A stretch of DNA of 64,000 bases from Psammoneis japonica. Taxonomy: Eukaryota. A program made the position numbers and the translations under genes. The DNA lies in the NCBI GenBank assembly GCA_008632985.1, contig QPGO01000013.1, positions 496,001-560,000 of the forward strand, in the 5' to 3' direction. This document shows positions 25,476 through 36,148 of the stretch, in pieces; positions within the stretch are counted from its first letter, which is position 1; each line of letters begins with the position of its first letter. The notes under the pieces were generated by a model. The model saw only the letters and a list, made by a program, of their open reading frames with translations, made no database searches and had not been told where the DNA came from.

Positions 25476-27578
25476 ATGTCTTTCAATCAAAGTGATTCTG
25501 ATGGTCGCTGGTTTTCGATTGACAACGAGAAGAGTGCGGATGAGCGGAACCTCGATGAAAGCCACGTGACGCACGAATCGAAAAGCCAGCTTTATTGTAA
25601 CCACAACGCCAACGATCCATCCAGTTACCACCATATAAATAGAAACGAACGTTTCGATACGAGTGGGGTACAAGGGGGGCTGCTTGATGGCCAATTTTCT
25701 CAGAATGACATAGTCACGAATGCCAGCGTTCCGAATGCCACGAATCAACATCCTCCCTACGTTCCGTCTGTTTCCTGCACCGAATGGTCACCTGAGTATC
25801 ATTATCCTTCCTTCCTGCATCACCAGTGGCCTTCTCCTCAAGAATACTATTATCCAAACTCCCAGTACCAACAGTACAACCATGAAAGTGGTTTGTACCA
25901 TGGCTTCACCATGCATGCAAACGTACCTGGAGGATATTACTATCCTTGGTACTATCAACCCTGTGGAGAGTACAACTCCGGTCCTGCCAGCATGACTGGA
26001 TATCAAGGAATGAATGGTCCTGGTTTTATGCCGTATGCCGGAGCGCCGACTCCATGGATGGCACCGCCAGAGGAAGCGGCCCATCAAACGTACGCCTATC
26101 CTGAAACTCCCGCTGAAGCCTCTCTTGAGCATGGCTACAGCTACAATTCTGTGCCTTATTACTACCCCTACTGGCACCAGCCGCTTCTGCAGCAGCAGCA
26201 GCAGCAGCAGCAGCAAAATCCAATCTGTTGCGCCCCGGATTACTACCGGTATGGCAATTTAACCGACCACTGTGGTCCCGGTACGATCCATCAGGACTAT
26301 CCCGCGGATGACCATGACGAGTCCGGCCTAACGTTGGATTTCGTCAGTGCTAAGGATAAGTCTCTCATCCCCGAGACAAAAGAGCATCTAACTCCAACCG
26401 AAGCAAAATCTCCCATTTGTACCGAAGCCTTCTCGGACAAAATCCTTCGCCCTGCCAAAGCCACTGCGGAATCATCCACAGGGCTTTTCCTTAATTCATC
26501 GCATCAAACGTTACTCGACCTTAACGAGGATGTTGTCATGCAGTCCCTGCAGTTTTTGGACCCGGTGGATCTTTCGCGGGCTGGATCTGCCTGCAGACAC
26601 CTGCGCAAGCTTGGGGAGAATGAGTGGCAAATGAGAGATTCAGACACAAGTGCCTCTTCTCGCTCTATGGCATCCACATGTCGCGAACGAGTAATTCGAT
26701 TCTTTCTGAGTGAGCAAAAAGCTTTCTCGATAGAGATGAACGGATCTACTGAAGTACAGCGTACCCATGCCGAAGAAATCATGGATGAGCCAACACGACA
26801 TGAATTCTTTGCTCGGTTTTCTTGTAAAGGTGATTCCAATCTCATTTGGCAGGGGTTCATTCCGCTACTCGATTCATTTGATTGGCCTTTAGTTGGGGAC
26901 GCTTCTTTCATCCTTGATTATATTCATCCGTTGCAAAATTTGGATCATCTTTTACAGCGAGAACACCAGAATGACGAGATAGCGCAAGAGGATTCAACAA
27001 CTAATGTGTTTGCTCACCTGAGCTTGGCGATTGTGGCTCTTCCTTACTCACTGTCCGAATCCATAATTCCGAAAGTCGTTTTTCACACTGAACCTGGCAG
27101 ATGCTGGCGCGAAACTGGTGCCGGTCAGCATCGTTGCACTCAAGACACTAATTCGTTCGAAGTTGATTGTTTTTTGTCGTCCCACCTCTGGAGGCCAGTG
27201 GAAGAACAGTCAGCGAGCATCAAAATGTTGTCTTTGTCCAAGTGGCCAAGTTTTAGGAGTGCCCTTGCTGACTTAGCGCAATATACTGCTACAGCGCGGT
27301 TTGTGCTACGTCCCCAAGCCGATCTGCAATGGGAAGAAAGCGCCGTGCAGAGGTTGCAGGGACTAGAGAGTGTAAACCGTCGTGTTTTGAATGTTCTATA
27401 CGAGTATGTAAGAAGGGATGCTACGATCAACGAGAAGAATCGAAGTGGAAGACGTCGATCTCAGCGTCAATTTAAAATGACATACGAACCCACGGAAAGA
27501 CGCTACAAGCCGAAAGGAGGAAGAATATATCCCAAAAGGCAACACGGTGGACACGGTCGACGATTCGGAGGTCGCTAG
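25476..27578 (+). CDS. F-box-like protein with a Tyr/Pro/Gln-rich low-complexity N-terminus
   Basis: ~700-aa ORF. LLDLNEDVVMQSLQFLDPVDLSRAGSACRHLR fits an F-box. PolyQ encoded by (CAG)8 at 26190-26213. Confidence 0.75.
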   Translation: MSFNQSDSDGRWFSIDNEKSADERNLDESHVTHESKSQLYCNHNANDPSSYHHINRNERFDTSGVQGGLLDGQFSQNDIVTNASVPNATNQHPPYVPSVSCTEWSPEYHYPSFLHHQWPSPQEYYYPNSQYQQYNHESGLYHGFTMHANVPGGYYYPWYYQPCGEYNSGPASMTGYQGMNGPGFMPYAGAPTPWMAPPEEAAHQTYAYPETPAEASLEHGYSYNSVPYYYPYWHQPLLQQQQQQQQQNPICCAPDYYRYGNLTDHCGPGTIHQDYPADDHDESGLTLDFVSAKDKSLIPETKEHLTPTEAKSPICTEAFSDKILRPAKATAESSTGLFLNSSHQTLLDLNEDVVMQSLQFLDPVDLSRAGSACRHLRKLGENEWQMRDSDTSASSRSMASTCRERVIRFFLSEQKAFSIEMNGSTEVQRTHAEEIMDEPTRHEFFARFSCKGDSNLIWQGFIPLLDSFDWPLVGDASFILDYIHPLQNLDHLLQREHQNDEIAQEDSTTNVFAHLSLAIVALPYSLSESIIPKVVFHTEPGRCWRETGAGQHRCTQDTNSFEVDCFLSSHLWRPVEEQSASIKMLSLSKWPSFRSALADLAQYTATARFVLRPQADLQWEESAVQRLQGLESVNRRVLNVLYEYVRRDATINEKNRSGRRRSQRQFKMTYEPTERRYKPKGGRIYPKRQHGGHGRRFGGR

Positions 27579-27779
27579 AGAGAGCGCTATGTACTTATTT
27601 TCTATTTTCATAAAAAGCTCGTCGCAAATTAGTCAGAGCTCTGGAGCTGCATTAGTTAGAATACAATCCATGACATAGCTGGTAGTGTATATAGCTCGAA
27701 TACAAAAGTACGTAATAATTAGTCTACCTAAAGCTCCTTTTGATTTCAATTACTCCCCTTGATACACCCAATACGAAAT

Positions 27780-29477
27780 TCAAATCAAAACCTGTTTCTT
27801 GTGTCTTTTCTTTTTCTGCCTTCGAAACAACATCTCACGACAGCGGTTGGTTTGTTTCTCGCACATCAACTCTGACACTTGGGCCTTGTTCATCTCAGTT
27901 ACATCCTCTCCGTCGACAGAGAGTAACTGGTCGCCAGTTTTGACATGCTTATGCAAGACACTGGATTCTCGAACAATCTGAACCGTGGGTATCCCGCTGC
28001 TTTTGGTTTCCAAAACCAATCCTAGCACCCCTGGCGGTGCCTCGACCAAAAACGCACGGTAACGCACTTTCCCCTGTAGCTCATCCGTTTCGACTTGCCG
28101 CTGCTGCACTTCCCAGGCGAGTGACCCTTCCTTTATTGAGACTTTGCTCACCTTGACTGCTGGCTTCAAGCTAAAGATGCTTATATTGGCAAGAGAAGGT
28201 GCTCCAAGGGTACTCACATCTCCAGATCCAAAAGCAAGATCGATCTCAGACGCATACCCGCGGCTTTCTTCTTCCGTAGATTCATAGTCACACATTATTT
28301 GAACCGTCGGTTCCTGTTTCCTTTCCCTTGCATCTTTGATACGAAAATAGATGAGAAATAAAATACCGATCCCGGCGCAAGCCGAAATTACGGAGATCGC
28401 AAAAAGAATCTTGCTTCGTGTGTCACTGTTGCTAGTGTCAACTGGATCTTGTGGTGCTTCTTCAATACCTGACTGCTCCACAGTTGGGGCGGCGGTCGGC
28501 GGCAAGAAGTGTTCCACTCTTTCGGGCACCCACAAGACCTCAATAGCTGCGGATATCACATTATGAAACCAAGCACTGTTGGCCTCAGCCAATTGGTTCT
28601 TGTAGGTTGCTTGTCCTTCTTCGGTGTTGAATGCCCCGGTAAGATACGCCGCCATGTCGTGGCTTTCTTTCAATGAAAGCATGGACATATCAACATTAAA
28701 ATGAATGTCCAAGGATGGCTGTTGACGAGTAAAGACATTGCCACCCTCTTCATTGACTTGAGGTGCGTACATTACTTGTTGAGATACCATTCGGACCGTG
28801 ACGTGCAGGTAGGCATAATGTCCAAATTGCAATCGTGACTCGATGAATTGAGTAATGCGAGCTGCCGTGACGCCTACCCACTCGCCCGCGACTTGCCCGT
28901 CCAAAAGGATGCTTATCCCCCTTAACGCCATTTTTGCTTTTGCTTGCTTGTACGCGATCCGCGTCATGTCGCCAAGAGGCATGGTCGGCCTTTGGGATGG
29001 AGCTGCGGAAGGAGCATATTCAGTCGTTGGGCGGGGAGTTGTAGTGGGGTATGCCGATGGTCTTGGAAATGTAGGCATCATGGTTGGCGGTGGAGTCGGC
29101 ATTTCAGTCGCAAATGACGGAGCACTTGTAGCAACGGTGGGTGCCAATGTCTTCTTTCTGGTTGGCGAAGGTGTCGTTCCACGCCTCGTGGGTTGCGACG
29201 TACGACGCGAAGGTGCAGGCGAACGAAGAGGCCGCGTGGATTTAACCGTAGGAAACAGGCTAGGAGAAGAAGCTGCTAGTGTTGGTCGAAGAGTGGGAGA
29301 TGCGGTGAGTCCAGCTGGTGTCGGCGCAAAAGTAAAGACGGGTCGCCGTCTTCGTGGCGTTGGTGACGGCGTGACAACGTCCTGGGCTTGAACCAATGAA
29401 AGGTTCAATAGTATGATGCACATTGTCAAGATATAGCGACTCTTTGAAGTAAAGTCTGAAAATTTCTTCGTATCCAT
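27780..29477 (-). CDS. Type I membrane protein: signal peptide, Pro/Thr-rich stalk, TM helix, C-terminal PDZ-like domain; start uncertain
   Basis: IILLNLSLVQA, PTxxP repeats, ILFAISVISACAGIGILFLIYF, APPGVLGLVL...GDQLLSVDG. Confidence 0.85.
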   Translation of the reverse strand: MDTKKFSDFTSKSRYILTMCIILLNLSLVQAQDVVTPSPTPRRRRPVFTFAPTPAGLTASPTLRPTLAASSPSLFPTVKSTRPLRSPAPSRRTSQPTRRGTTPSPTRKKTLAPTVATSAPSFATEMPTPPPTMMPTFPRPSAYPTTTPRPTTEYAPSAAPSQRPTMPLGDMTRIAYKQAKAKMALRGISILLDGQVAGEWVGVTAARITQFIESRLQFGHYAYLHVTVRMVSQQVMYAPQVNEEGGNVFTRQQPSLDIHFNVDMSMLSLKESHDMAAYLTGAFNTEEGQATYKNQLAEANSAWFHNVISAAIEVLWVPERVEHFLPPTAAPTVEQSGIEEAPQDPVDTSNSDTRSKILFAISVISACAGIGILFLIYFRIKDARERKQEPTVQIMCDYESTEEESRGYASEIDLAFGSGDVSTLGAPSLANISIFSLKPAVKVSKVSIKEGSLAWEVQQRQVETDELQGKVRYRAFLVEAPPGVLGLVLETKSSGIPTVQIVRESSVLHKHVKTGDQLLSVDGEDVTEMNKAQVSELMCEKQTNRCREMLFRRQKKKRHKKQVLI

Positions 29478-30200
29478 GTTCGTCGATCCCGTCTGACACC
29501 ACCGACCCGCTTCTTTGTTGACACACATCTTGGTGACCTTGTGTTTCTTCTCTTGATAGACACCAGTTGTGAAACGACGGTTGTTGCTTTCAGTATTCGT
29601 TCTTCTTTGCTCAGTCTTGAGCTTTGCTTTCCAAAATGCTGTTGCCGTGACTGATCACTGCCATGTGATGATATGCGCTGTCCTCAGAGAGAAGAAAGAG
29701 AGAAGAAAGGGGGGAGAAACAGGAGAAATCGAAATTTGAAATTTTGATTTGCCAATCCGGTCAAATCGTTGCCGTTGAGCATTTATCTTTTTATTCATTT
29801 TTTAATAATGTATTTTGAATGAATAACGCATGATTATTCTAGTTCAAAATTCTAATATCAAGTTTCAAGGGCACAACTGAAATGAAAGTAGTATAGACTT
29901 ATTTAAGACTAATTATAGTTATGATGATCGATACACATGGAAAAAGAATCTGCGCTACTCGCGGTCTTTCTTTCATTCCGATGCCCCGTTCGCGATTCTT
30001 CTTCTTCTCATCTTGCTTGTGCTGAAAAGTGAGCGGCACACAAGTTCAGAGCTTAGCTCTAGGGCCGAAGACAATCCAGTTTGCTTTACGACTTGCTTTA
30101 CACTTATCAAAAGTCTGGTTTCTAAAAGATTCAGGAAAGGAAGCTTTCGAAACAAAGGTTGATTTCATCATCAGAACGCAGCAAAGTACCGTTCAGAAAA

Positions 30201-32291
30201 ATGTCAAGAGAAGACATGTTACCGAAGCAGCCGTCCCAGCGGTCTTTTACGGAAGCCGTGCCGCTCTCCTTATCATCCATGGCACATATGAGCCTGCCTC
30301 TGAAGGATGGTGTTTCGGACGGAATGCGTCAAGTTCTACAGCACACGCTCATGGCTTGCGTGTTGTATGCGCGTGCAGTGTATGCACCTCATGGTTGGAC
30401 GGTCCGTGACTTGGTCACCTCGTCCAATGCATGGAGGGCTGTTTACGGGGGTGCCATTAATGCTGCAGACTTGCCACATTCCATATCAAAGTTGGGATTG
30501 AAGCATCAGTATGTTCGTCATTGTCTAGTGTACTTGGGAAAAGATGGGAATGCTATTCCAATCAATCACGAGACTGAATTGGAAACTCTCAAGGATTGGA
30601 ACAAGTCTTCCAACAATTCGATTCTCGGACGAATCTCTCTCTTGTATGCATCCAAGGAAATGCTGACGGCAGAAGAAATGGAAATTTCGTCGGATGCAGA
30701 ATCGACTCTTAGCGACGACGAAGACGTCCCGCCCACGGTGCTTTACAAGGTCGTTGTGGAATATAGGAGTTTACCGCCTACTGGTAAAGTTCAAGCCGTT
30801 GAAGCGGAAGAGTTAAGCATGCTGTCATTTGGGGGGTCAGTAGACGATGATGTCAAGTACGGTGCTCTGGCTTCTCTGTACGACGAGACGGCTCGTTATG
30901 TGCTGGAGATTTACAGCGTTCGTGGGAAAAAGTACAAGTTTGACTTGATGGATTCAACTCTGAGCAACGGAACCGTGCCTCGTTGGAAAAACGAAACGCA
31001 CAATGATCCCTTTGCCAAGAGTCTGTGCCTTACCGTGACGGACCACGGACCTCCCAGTGTCGGAGAAGCGCACGCCATTACCAAAATGCATCTAACTCTG
31101 GAAGGACCGTTGCGAAGACCCTTGGGAAGCCTTCCTCCCTTTGACAAATACCCAAAGGAGCTTATTGATTCGTTTCTCATCTTGGATCCGAACCGTAGGT
31201 CCGAACAGACCGCGATTGGGATTCCTTCCAAGCAGGCGCTCTTGTTGGATCCCCGTCACGCTGGAAAAGTCTTTTTGAATGGACGTTTAATCACTTCATG
31301 GGGACACGATCCAACGGTAGGGACACACGTGCCAGCCTTGTTTGGTTTGGATATGCATGGAATCCCTCTATGGCATGGTCGTATTGTGGACTATGAGGTG
31401 TTCAAGATGGAGTATGCGCGCTTATGGCAAGAAATCATGATTGATGCTCGCTTGGAACAGTTGAAGATTGCCGACAAGCTCCTGCATCGACTCATTCACG
31501 GCAAAGACAATGACGATGAGTATTACTACGACGACGAAGATGAAGAGGATGGAGGCGGTGCGACTCTTGGGGATTGTCTTGAGTCGCAAATCATGTCGTC
31601 CGCCAAGTACGATCCTGTGGGGATTTGTGCCAAGGCGTTGGCAACGCACTTTGCTGCTGAGTATAGCAAGAAGGCTTATCCATGCGAAGCACACGAGGTT
31701 GACTGGGTCCAGGCCAGACTGGGTGGAAAAACTCCTGTTGTTGTTCCTCCAAGACTTATTTCTATTCTAAGACGAGGTGGGTATTTTGACGTAAAGGCAA
31801 CCATTGAATACGAGTGGGAAACGGAATATCGGCTGGCGGTCGACGATACTACTTCAGTGGAATACACAATAGCTACGGATGCGATTGCACTCTTGGAAGA
31901 ATCAGGGTGCACCGACGTTGCTCTGGCCCAGCTGTGTTTTGTTGATAAAAAGAAGCTGCCCTCCAACGACAAGGATTGCATGGCCGACAGGTGCATTTGT
32001 CGGTACAACGACGCCAGCAGGCAGTATTTCATCAATGACGCAGTCGCTACGATGGATTTGCCAAGTAATAATGACGATGACATGGATGTGGTGAACGACG
32101 ACGACAACAACAAGGCTGTCGTTGCAGCGAAACGAGCCTTTCTTCTTGGTATGCACATTGCCCAAGAGCATCCGGACGGTACCGTCTTGGTTCGGTATCT
32201 GTTGAGACATTCAAGCTTTAATGGGGAGACGGACGACGGCTTGCTTGGTCGTTTGAAATCAGTTATTCGAACTGTGGATTGCGGGAATTAG
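30201..32291 (+). CDS. Hypothetical protein (~696 aa)
   Basis: Long intact ORF with normal composition; no motif I recognise. Confidence 0.8.
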   Translation: MSREDMLPKQPSQRSFTEAVPLSLSSMAHMSLPLKDGVSDGMRQVLQHTLMACVLYARAVYAPHGWTVRDLVTSSNAWRAVYGGAINAADLPHSISKLGLKHQYVRHCLVYLGKDGNAIPINHETELETLKDWNKSSNNSILGRISLLYASKEMLTAEEMEISSDAESTLSDDEDVPPTVLYKVVVEYRSLPPTGKVQAVEAEELSMLSFGGSVDDDVKYGALASLYDETARYVLEIYSVRGKKYKFDLMDSTLSNGTVPRWKNETHNDPFAKSLCLTVTDHGPPSVGEAHAITKMHLTLEGPLRRPLGSLPPFDKYPKELIDSFLILDPNRRSEQTAIGIPSKQALLLDPRHAGKVFLNGRLITSWGHDPTVGTHVPALFGLDMHGIPLWHGRIVDYEVFKMEYARLWQEIMIDARLEQLKIADKLLHRLIHGKDNDDEYYYDDEDEEDGGGATLGDCLESQIMSSAKYDPVGICAKALATHFAAEYSKKAYPCEAHEVDWVQARLGGKTPVVVPPRLISILRRGGYFDVKATIEYEWETEYRLAVDDTTSVEYTIATDAIALLEESGCTDVALAQLCFVDKKKLPSNDKDCMADRCICRYNDASRQYFINDAVATMDLPSNNDDDMDVVNDDDNNKAVVAAKRAFLLGMHIAQEHPDGTVLVRYLLRHSSFNGETDDGLLGRLKSVIRTVDCGN

Positions 32292-32606
32292 TTTGTTGTG
32301 TAATAAGTATTCATTGTCAATACGAGTGCCATGTTGTGACTTTTCTATCGTTGCGATTGTGAATTGTAGATATGAAGAGGAATCGCCGCATGACTGACGA
32401 CCCAAGGAATTGCTGCAATTCTGTGAAAAGAGGACAATGATAGTGATATAAATAGTATAGCTAGTAGCTAGTACTGACGGAATGTGATTTTCGATTGGGT
32501 ACTGATTACCTCTACTCATTCTTTGCTCATAAGAGGACATGTCATTATCCCACTCGAGGTCACGCAAGACAAATTATCCTCAATACAAACCAGATCAAGG
32601 TTGAAG

Positions 32607-33467
32607 TCAAAAACCTACCGTGATGACACTCCCATTGGCGCAAACATGAAACAGTTGTAGTTTGTGGCACATCTCGAGCACGTCCTGCATGCCCTTCACC
32701 GAAAAGTTAGAGTTTCCACAGCCATTGTGTCCGCGGTGCTTGTACCGAAAGAACTCAAGGTTGGGACAACACTGACCTAACGACTTGAGGATTGCGTCTG
32801 AGCAAAAGTTATTGACCTGCACGTCAATATCAAGACTTTTTAGTCGACTCCCCATGGCGCGAATAAAGGGTACCAATGTCTTGTCGTGTACGCTTTGGAC
32901 TGTGATTTTGAGCTTTTTGAGCTTTGGAAAGAGCACAGGGACTCGACGAAGATCACTGTTGAATAGATACATGGAGAGATCTAATTCTTCCAGCTGCGGC
33001 CCAAGCGCCTCGGCAATATATTCAAACAAGTTGCCGAGAATTGCTCCGTGTGCATTGGGAAGCACCAACTTTTTGAGCAAGGAAAACTGCGGCCGCTGGA
33101 GAAATCGGCGAAAATCATTCCTGAGGAAATGACGCAGTTCCTTCGAATCTGACCTCCAGATATTTCCTTCTAGCGCTTTCCACCAGCGAGGATTCTGCGT
33201 TGCCGCGAGCCAAGCCTTGCACACCATGGAAACGCAATGAACAAGCTCGCTTTTTGGTAGGTATTCAAACACGAAACGTCCCAACTCGTCCACGAGTACA
33301 ACGTTTTCTGCTACAAAGCACGGTCTGGAGGATGCGCTACTCTCCCGAATATTCTTGATTGTAACGATAGCAAAGTCGTCCACGGGCTCGGACTCATATG
33401 CTCGTATATGTTTTATGCCCGCCAACGCAGCTTCGGCTGCCCTGCGCTTGGGACGGCGAACCACCAT
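32607..33467 (-). CDS. F-box/leucine-rich-repeat protein
   Basis: LVDELGRFVFEYLPKSELVHCVSMVCKAW (F-box), then LEELDL, LKKLKI, LKSLDI, CPNLEF repeats. Confidence 0.85.
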   Translation of the reverse strand: MVVRRPKRRAAEAALAGIKHIRAYESEPVDDFAIVTIKNIRESSASSRPCFVAENVVLVDELGRFVFEYLPKSELVHCVSMVCKAWLAATQNPRWWKALEGNIWRSDSKELRHFLRNDFRRFLQRPQFSLLKKLVLPNAHGAILGNLFEYIAEALGPQLEELDLSMYLFNSDLRRVPVLFPKLKKLKITVQSVHDKTLVPFIRAMGSRLKSLDIDVQVNNFCSDAILKSLGQCCPNLEFFRYKHRGHNGCGNSNFSVKGMQDVLEMCHKLQLFHVCANGSVITVGF

Positions 33468-34407
33468 GTTAGATTTCGCTTCAAGTTTCGTCAAGAAGAG
33501 TCTCCAAAACGATAGTAGCGTTGCGTTGTTCTGCGTCTTTTTCCCTGAAGAGTGAAGTGATAGCGGCGGCTCCGAATATCCCGCGGTGGAAGCTTTTTGA
33601 ATTTGACGTAGAAATCGTGGATGCTTCTACCTACGAGAAATTGTACCAGGGTTTGTGTAGAAATTTGCTCCACCGCGATTAAGGGTGGTCGGTTGCTACT
33701 TTTTTTAGCTCGAATTCGGCCGAATAGCTCGTGTTTTGCATGATTTTTCCTGAATTTCACCGTGCTTCACCGTGGTGAAAACAACAAGCCATAAGTCTGT
33801 GACGGAGGTGGTCTCATTTATTTTATGCTTGTTATGTATCAAAGATTGTATATACATGAAAAGTTGGTAGACGGCAAACTACGTTTTTGAGAAATATCGA
33901 TGATTGTCATCATCGTCGTGCTTCGATCGCGGTGCTGATGGTTCTCGTTTTCGTGCGCGATCGGGTGTGACTATGAATAATTCTTGTATTCAAAAATAAA
34001 CACTATAAAAAACCTTATTCAAATGCAACGGTAATTTTAGGATAAACGCGGGGATGACCCCCCTTAAATCCGCTTTTCGCCTGAAAGGCCTTCCAAGTAC
34101 CGCAATTGTATCTCGCATGATCGCTCCGTTTGCATTTGGAAATCATCATGGTCTGTGATACCGGTAGAGACGGATGGGCACCAACAAGCCTTTGCTCTCA
34201 TAAACCATCTGCTCTCTGTCTGTTTGCGTTGTGCAAAGGATTTCGAACATATTCATTTTTGTATGTTATATAAGTCTATCAGAAAAAGGCTTTCATGCTT
34301 TTACGATTTTGTCTGAGTGTTATTTTGCCTCAGCGCTCGGCGCCCGCACTCACAATGACCGACCCTCTGTGCGGCAAAACACAACGCACCAGAGCCACAC
34401 CAAAACG

Positions 34408-35453
34408 ATGTCTTCCTCTTCAGCTACTGTTACGTCATGTCTAAACATTCTAGATAGGGTACCACCCTGTGATATGGAGAAAGTAAGTACATAGTGATAC
34501 AAAACGTACGATACGAAAACTCAGAAAGATATGCCGATCTTTTTTATCTTATTTCAGCGTTTGTTGCCTCCCTACTTTTCTAGAACATTGAAGGCCTGTC
34601 GGTTCTGTTATCTACAAAAGAAACGACCGAGTTGAATCACGCGCTTCGTCATGTTGTTCCACTCAAAGTTGAAGAGGATCCCAAGGCCGAGGACAATCGC
34701 CCATTTCTTCTGTCGGAGTACAATCGAGTTGCAAACACAAATTCCTATCGCTCTCCGTGGACAAATACGATATATCAGCGCCCTTCCATGACGGAAGATA
34801 CAGGCTCGTCGTCTTCGTCTTTACCGCCACCGTTGGTTCGTGATCTAGAACAGCACGCCAATGAGGTGTGGAGTGTTTACACCGACATGTATTACGGAAA
34901 AGGCGCCGTCGGATCCGTGTATTTATGGCAAAAGGAACAAACGCTCATGGCGGGGTGCTTTCTCGTTCGCAATCAAGTTCAAAATGATGATGAACTGTCG
35001 GAATGGAACAGCCTTCATCTCGTCAATGTGACTCCACAACAGGACGGTGCAAAGGCCAAGTACGCTGTGAATTCGTCCGTATGGGTGGTTTTGCGCGACA
35101 AGCAAGATAACAGCTCGTCCACCATTTCTGGAGTCTTGCATCACAAGCCCGTGTCCAAGATTTGTGCATTTGATGCTGCTACACCTTCAAGTCATGTGGA
35201 GAACCTGGGTCCAATTATGGAATCCATTGACAGTGACTTGAGATCCAACATGCACTCTGTCTGTCTAGGCAAGACATTGCAAGTGGCTGAATCCATCCGA
35301 ACGACAACAGGTGGTGGGATTGTCAAGCCAACCAAGAAGAAGGTTTTAGGTGGGATCCCAATGGTTGGTTTGGGAGCTGGTGGAGCAGAGCATGCCGCCA
35401 TGTTGAATCAAGCCATTCTTGCACGTAAACTCAAAAAGACAGGGATCGAGTAG
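34408..35453 (+). CDS. CAPZB: F-actin capping protein beta subunit-like; exons 34408-34482 and 34584-35453 (intact copy)
   Basis: FLLSEYNR...SYRSPWTN, LEQHANEVWSVYTDMYYG..VGSVYLW and HVENLGPIME match CapZ-beta motifs. Phase-0 GTAAGT...TAG intron. Confidence 0.85.
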
Positions 35454-35601
35454 TGTCCTTTCTTCTAAAGAAGGGGATATAGTTTGGTATAGAATAACAC
35501 AGCAGTTATATTGGACAGATGGACATGTTGCACATGGATCACCATTGTTTTGTATCGTAATAACATTCATTATTCACTGAAGGTGCGTCAATTAAACCGT
35601 G

Positions 35602-36148
35602 CTACACACCAACACCGCAAAAGGTTCCACAACCAGAACGCTCATACGACCAGGCTTCCTCTTTCTTCCACTTTTTGAATTCCTCAAAAGATATTTTTCC
35701 ATCTCGGTTCGAAAAAATGGAATTAAACTCACGGATATTATGGAACGTGTCAATGTCAAGGTCGAGCTCGGAAATAATTGCCATGAACCCATCAATGTCA
35801 AGGAAACCGTCTTGGTCGTTGTCGAACTTGCGAAAGTCAATAAACAGAATGGCGTCATCCATTTTGTTGCGGCAAACGCCTTCAATCCTTCTAGCTGGAT
35901 TATGACCAACACAAAAGGCAAGCAACCCAACAACCATGAGGATGGATCCAGCAATGGTCGTCTCGAGGACAGGATGGCTTGCTTGAAGCAATCCCAACGA
36001 GAAAAGGAAAAGGCCGCGACCCCATCAAAATCACACAAAGCTCAAATGCTTGGTTGTAGAATGCCGTGCCAATGTTGAAAATGATTTTGGGTCAGGGCTC
36101 CAAAGCTCACATGCAGGTCAAGTCTAAGGCGCCCATGATCCAAGAAGC
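35602..36148 (-). pseudogene. 3' part of a duplicated EF-hand membrane protein gene
   Basis: Near-identical to 52286-52828. In-frame TGA at 36025-36027 where the intact copy has TTA (LLWGRG). Homology stops at ~36148. Confidence 0.85.
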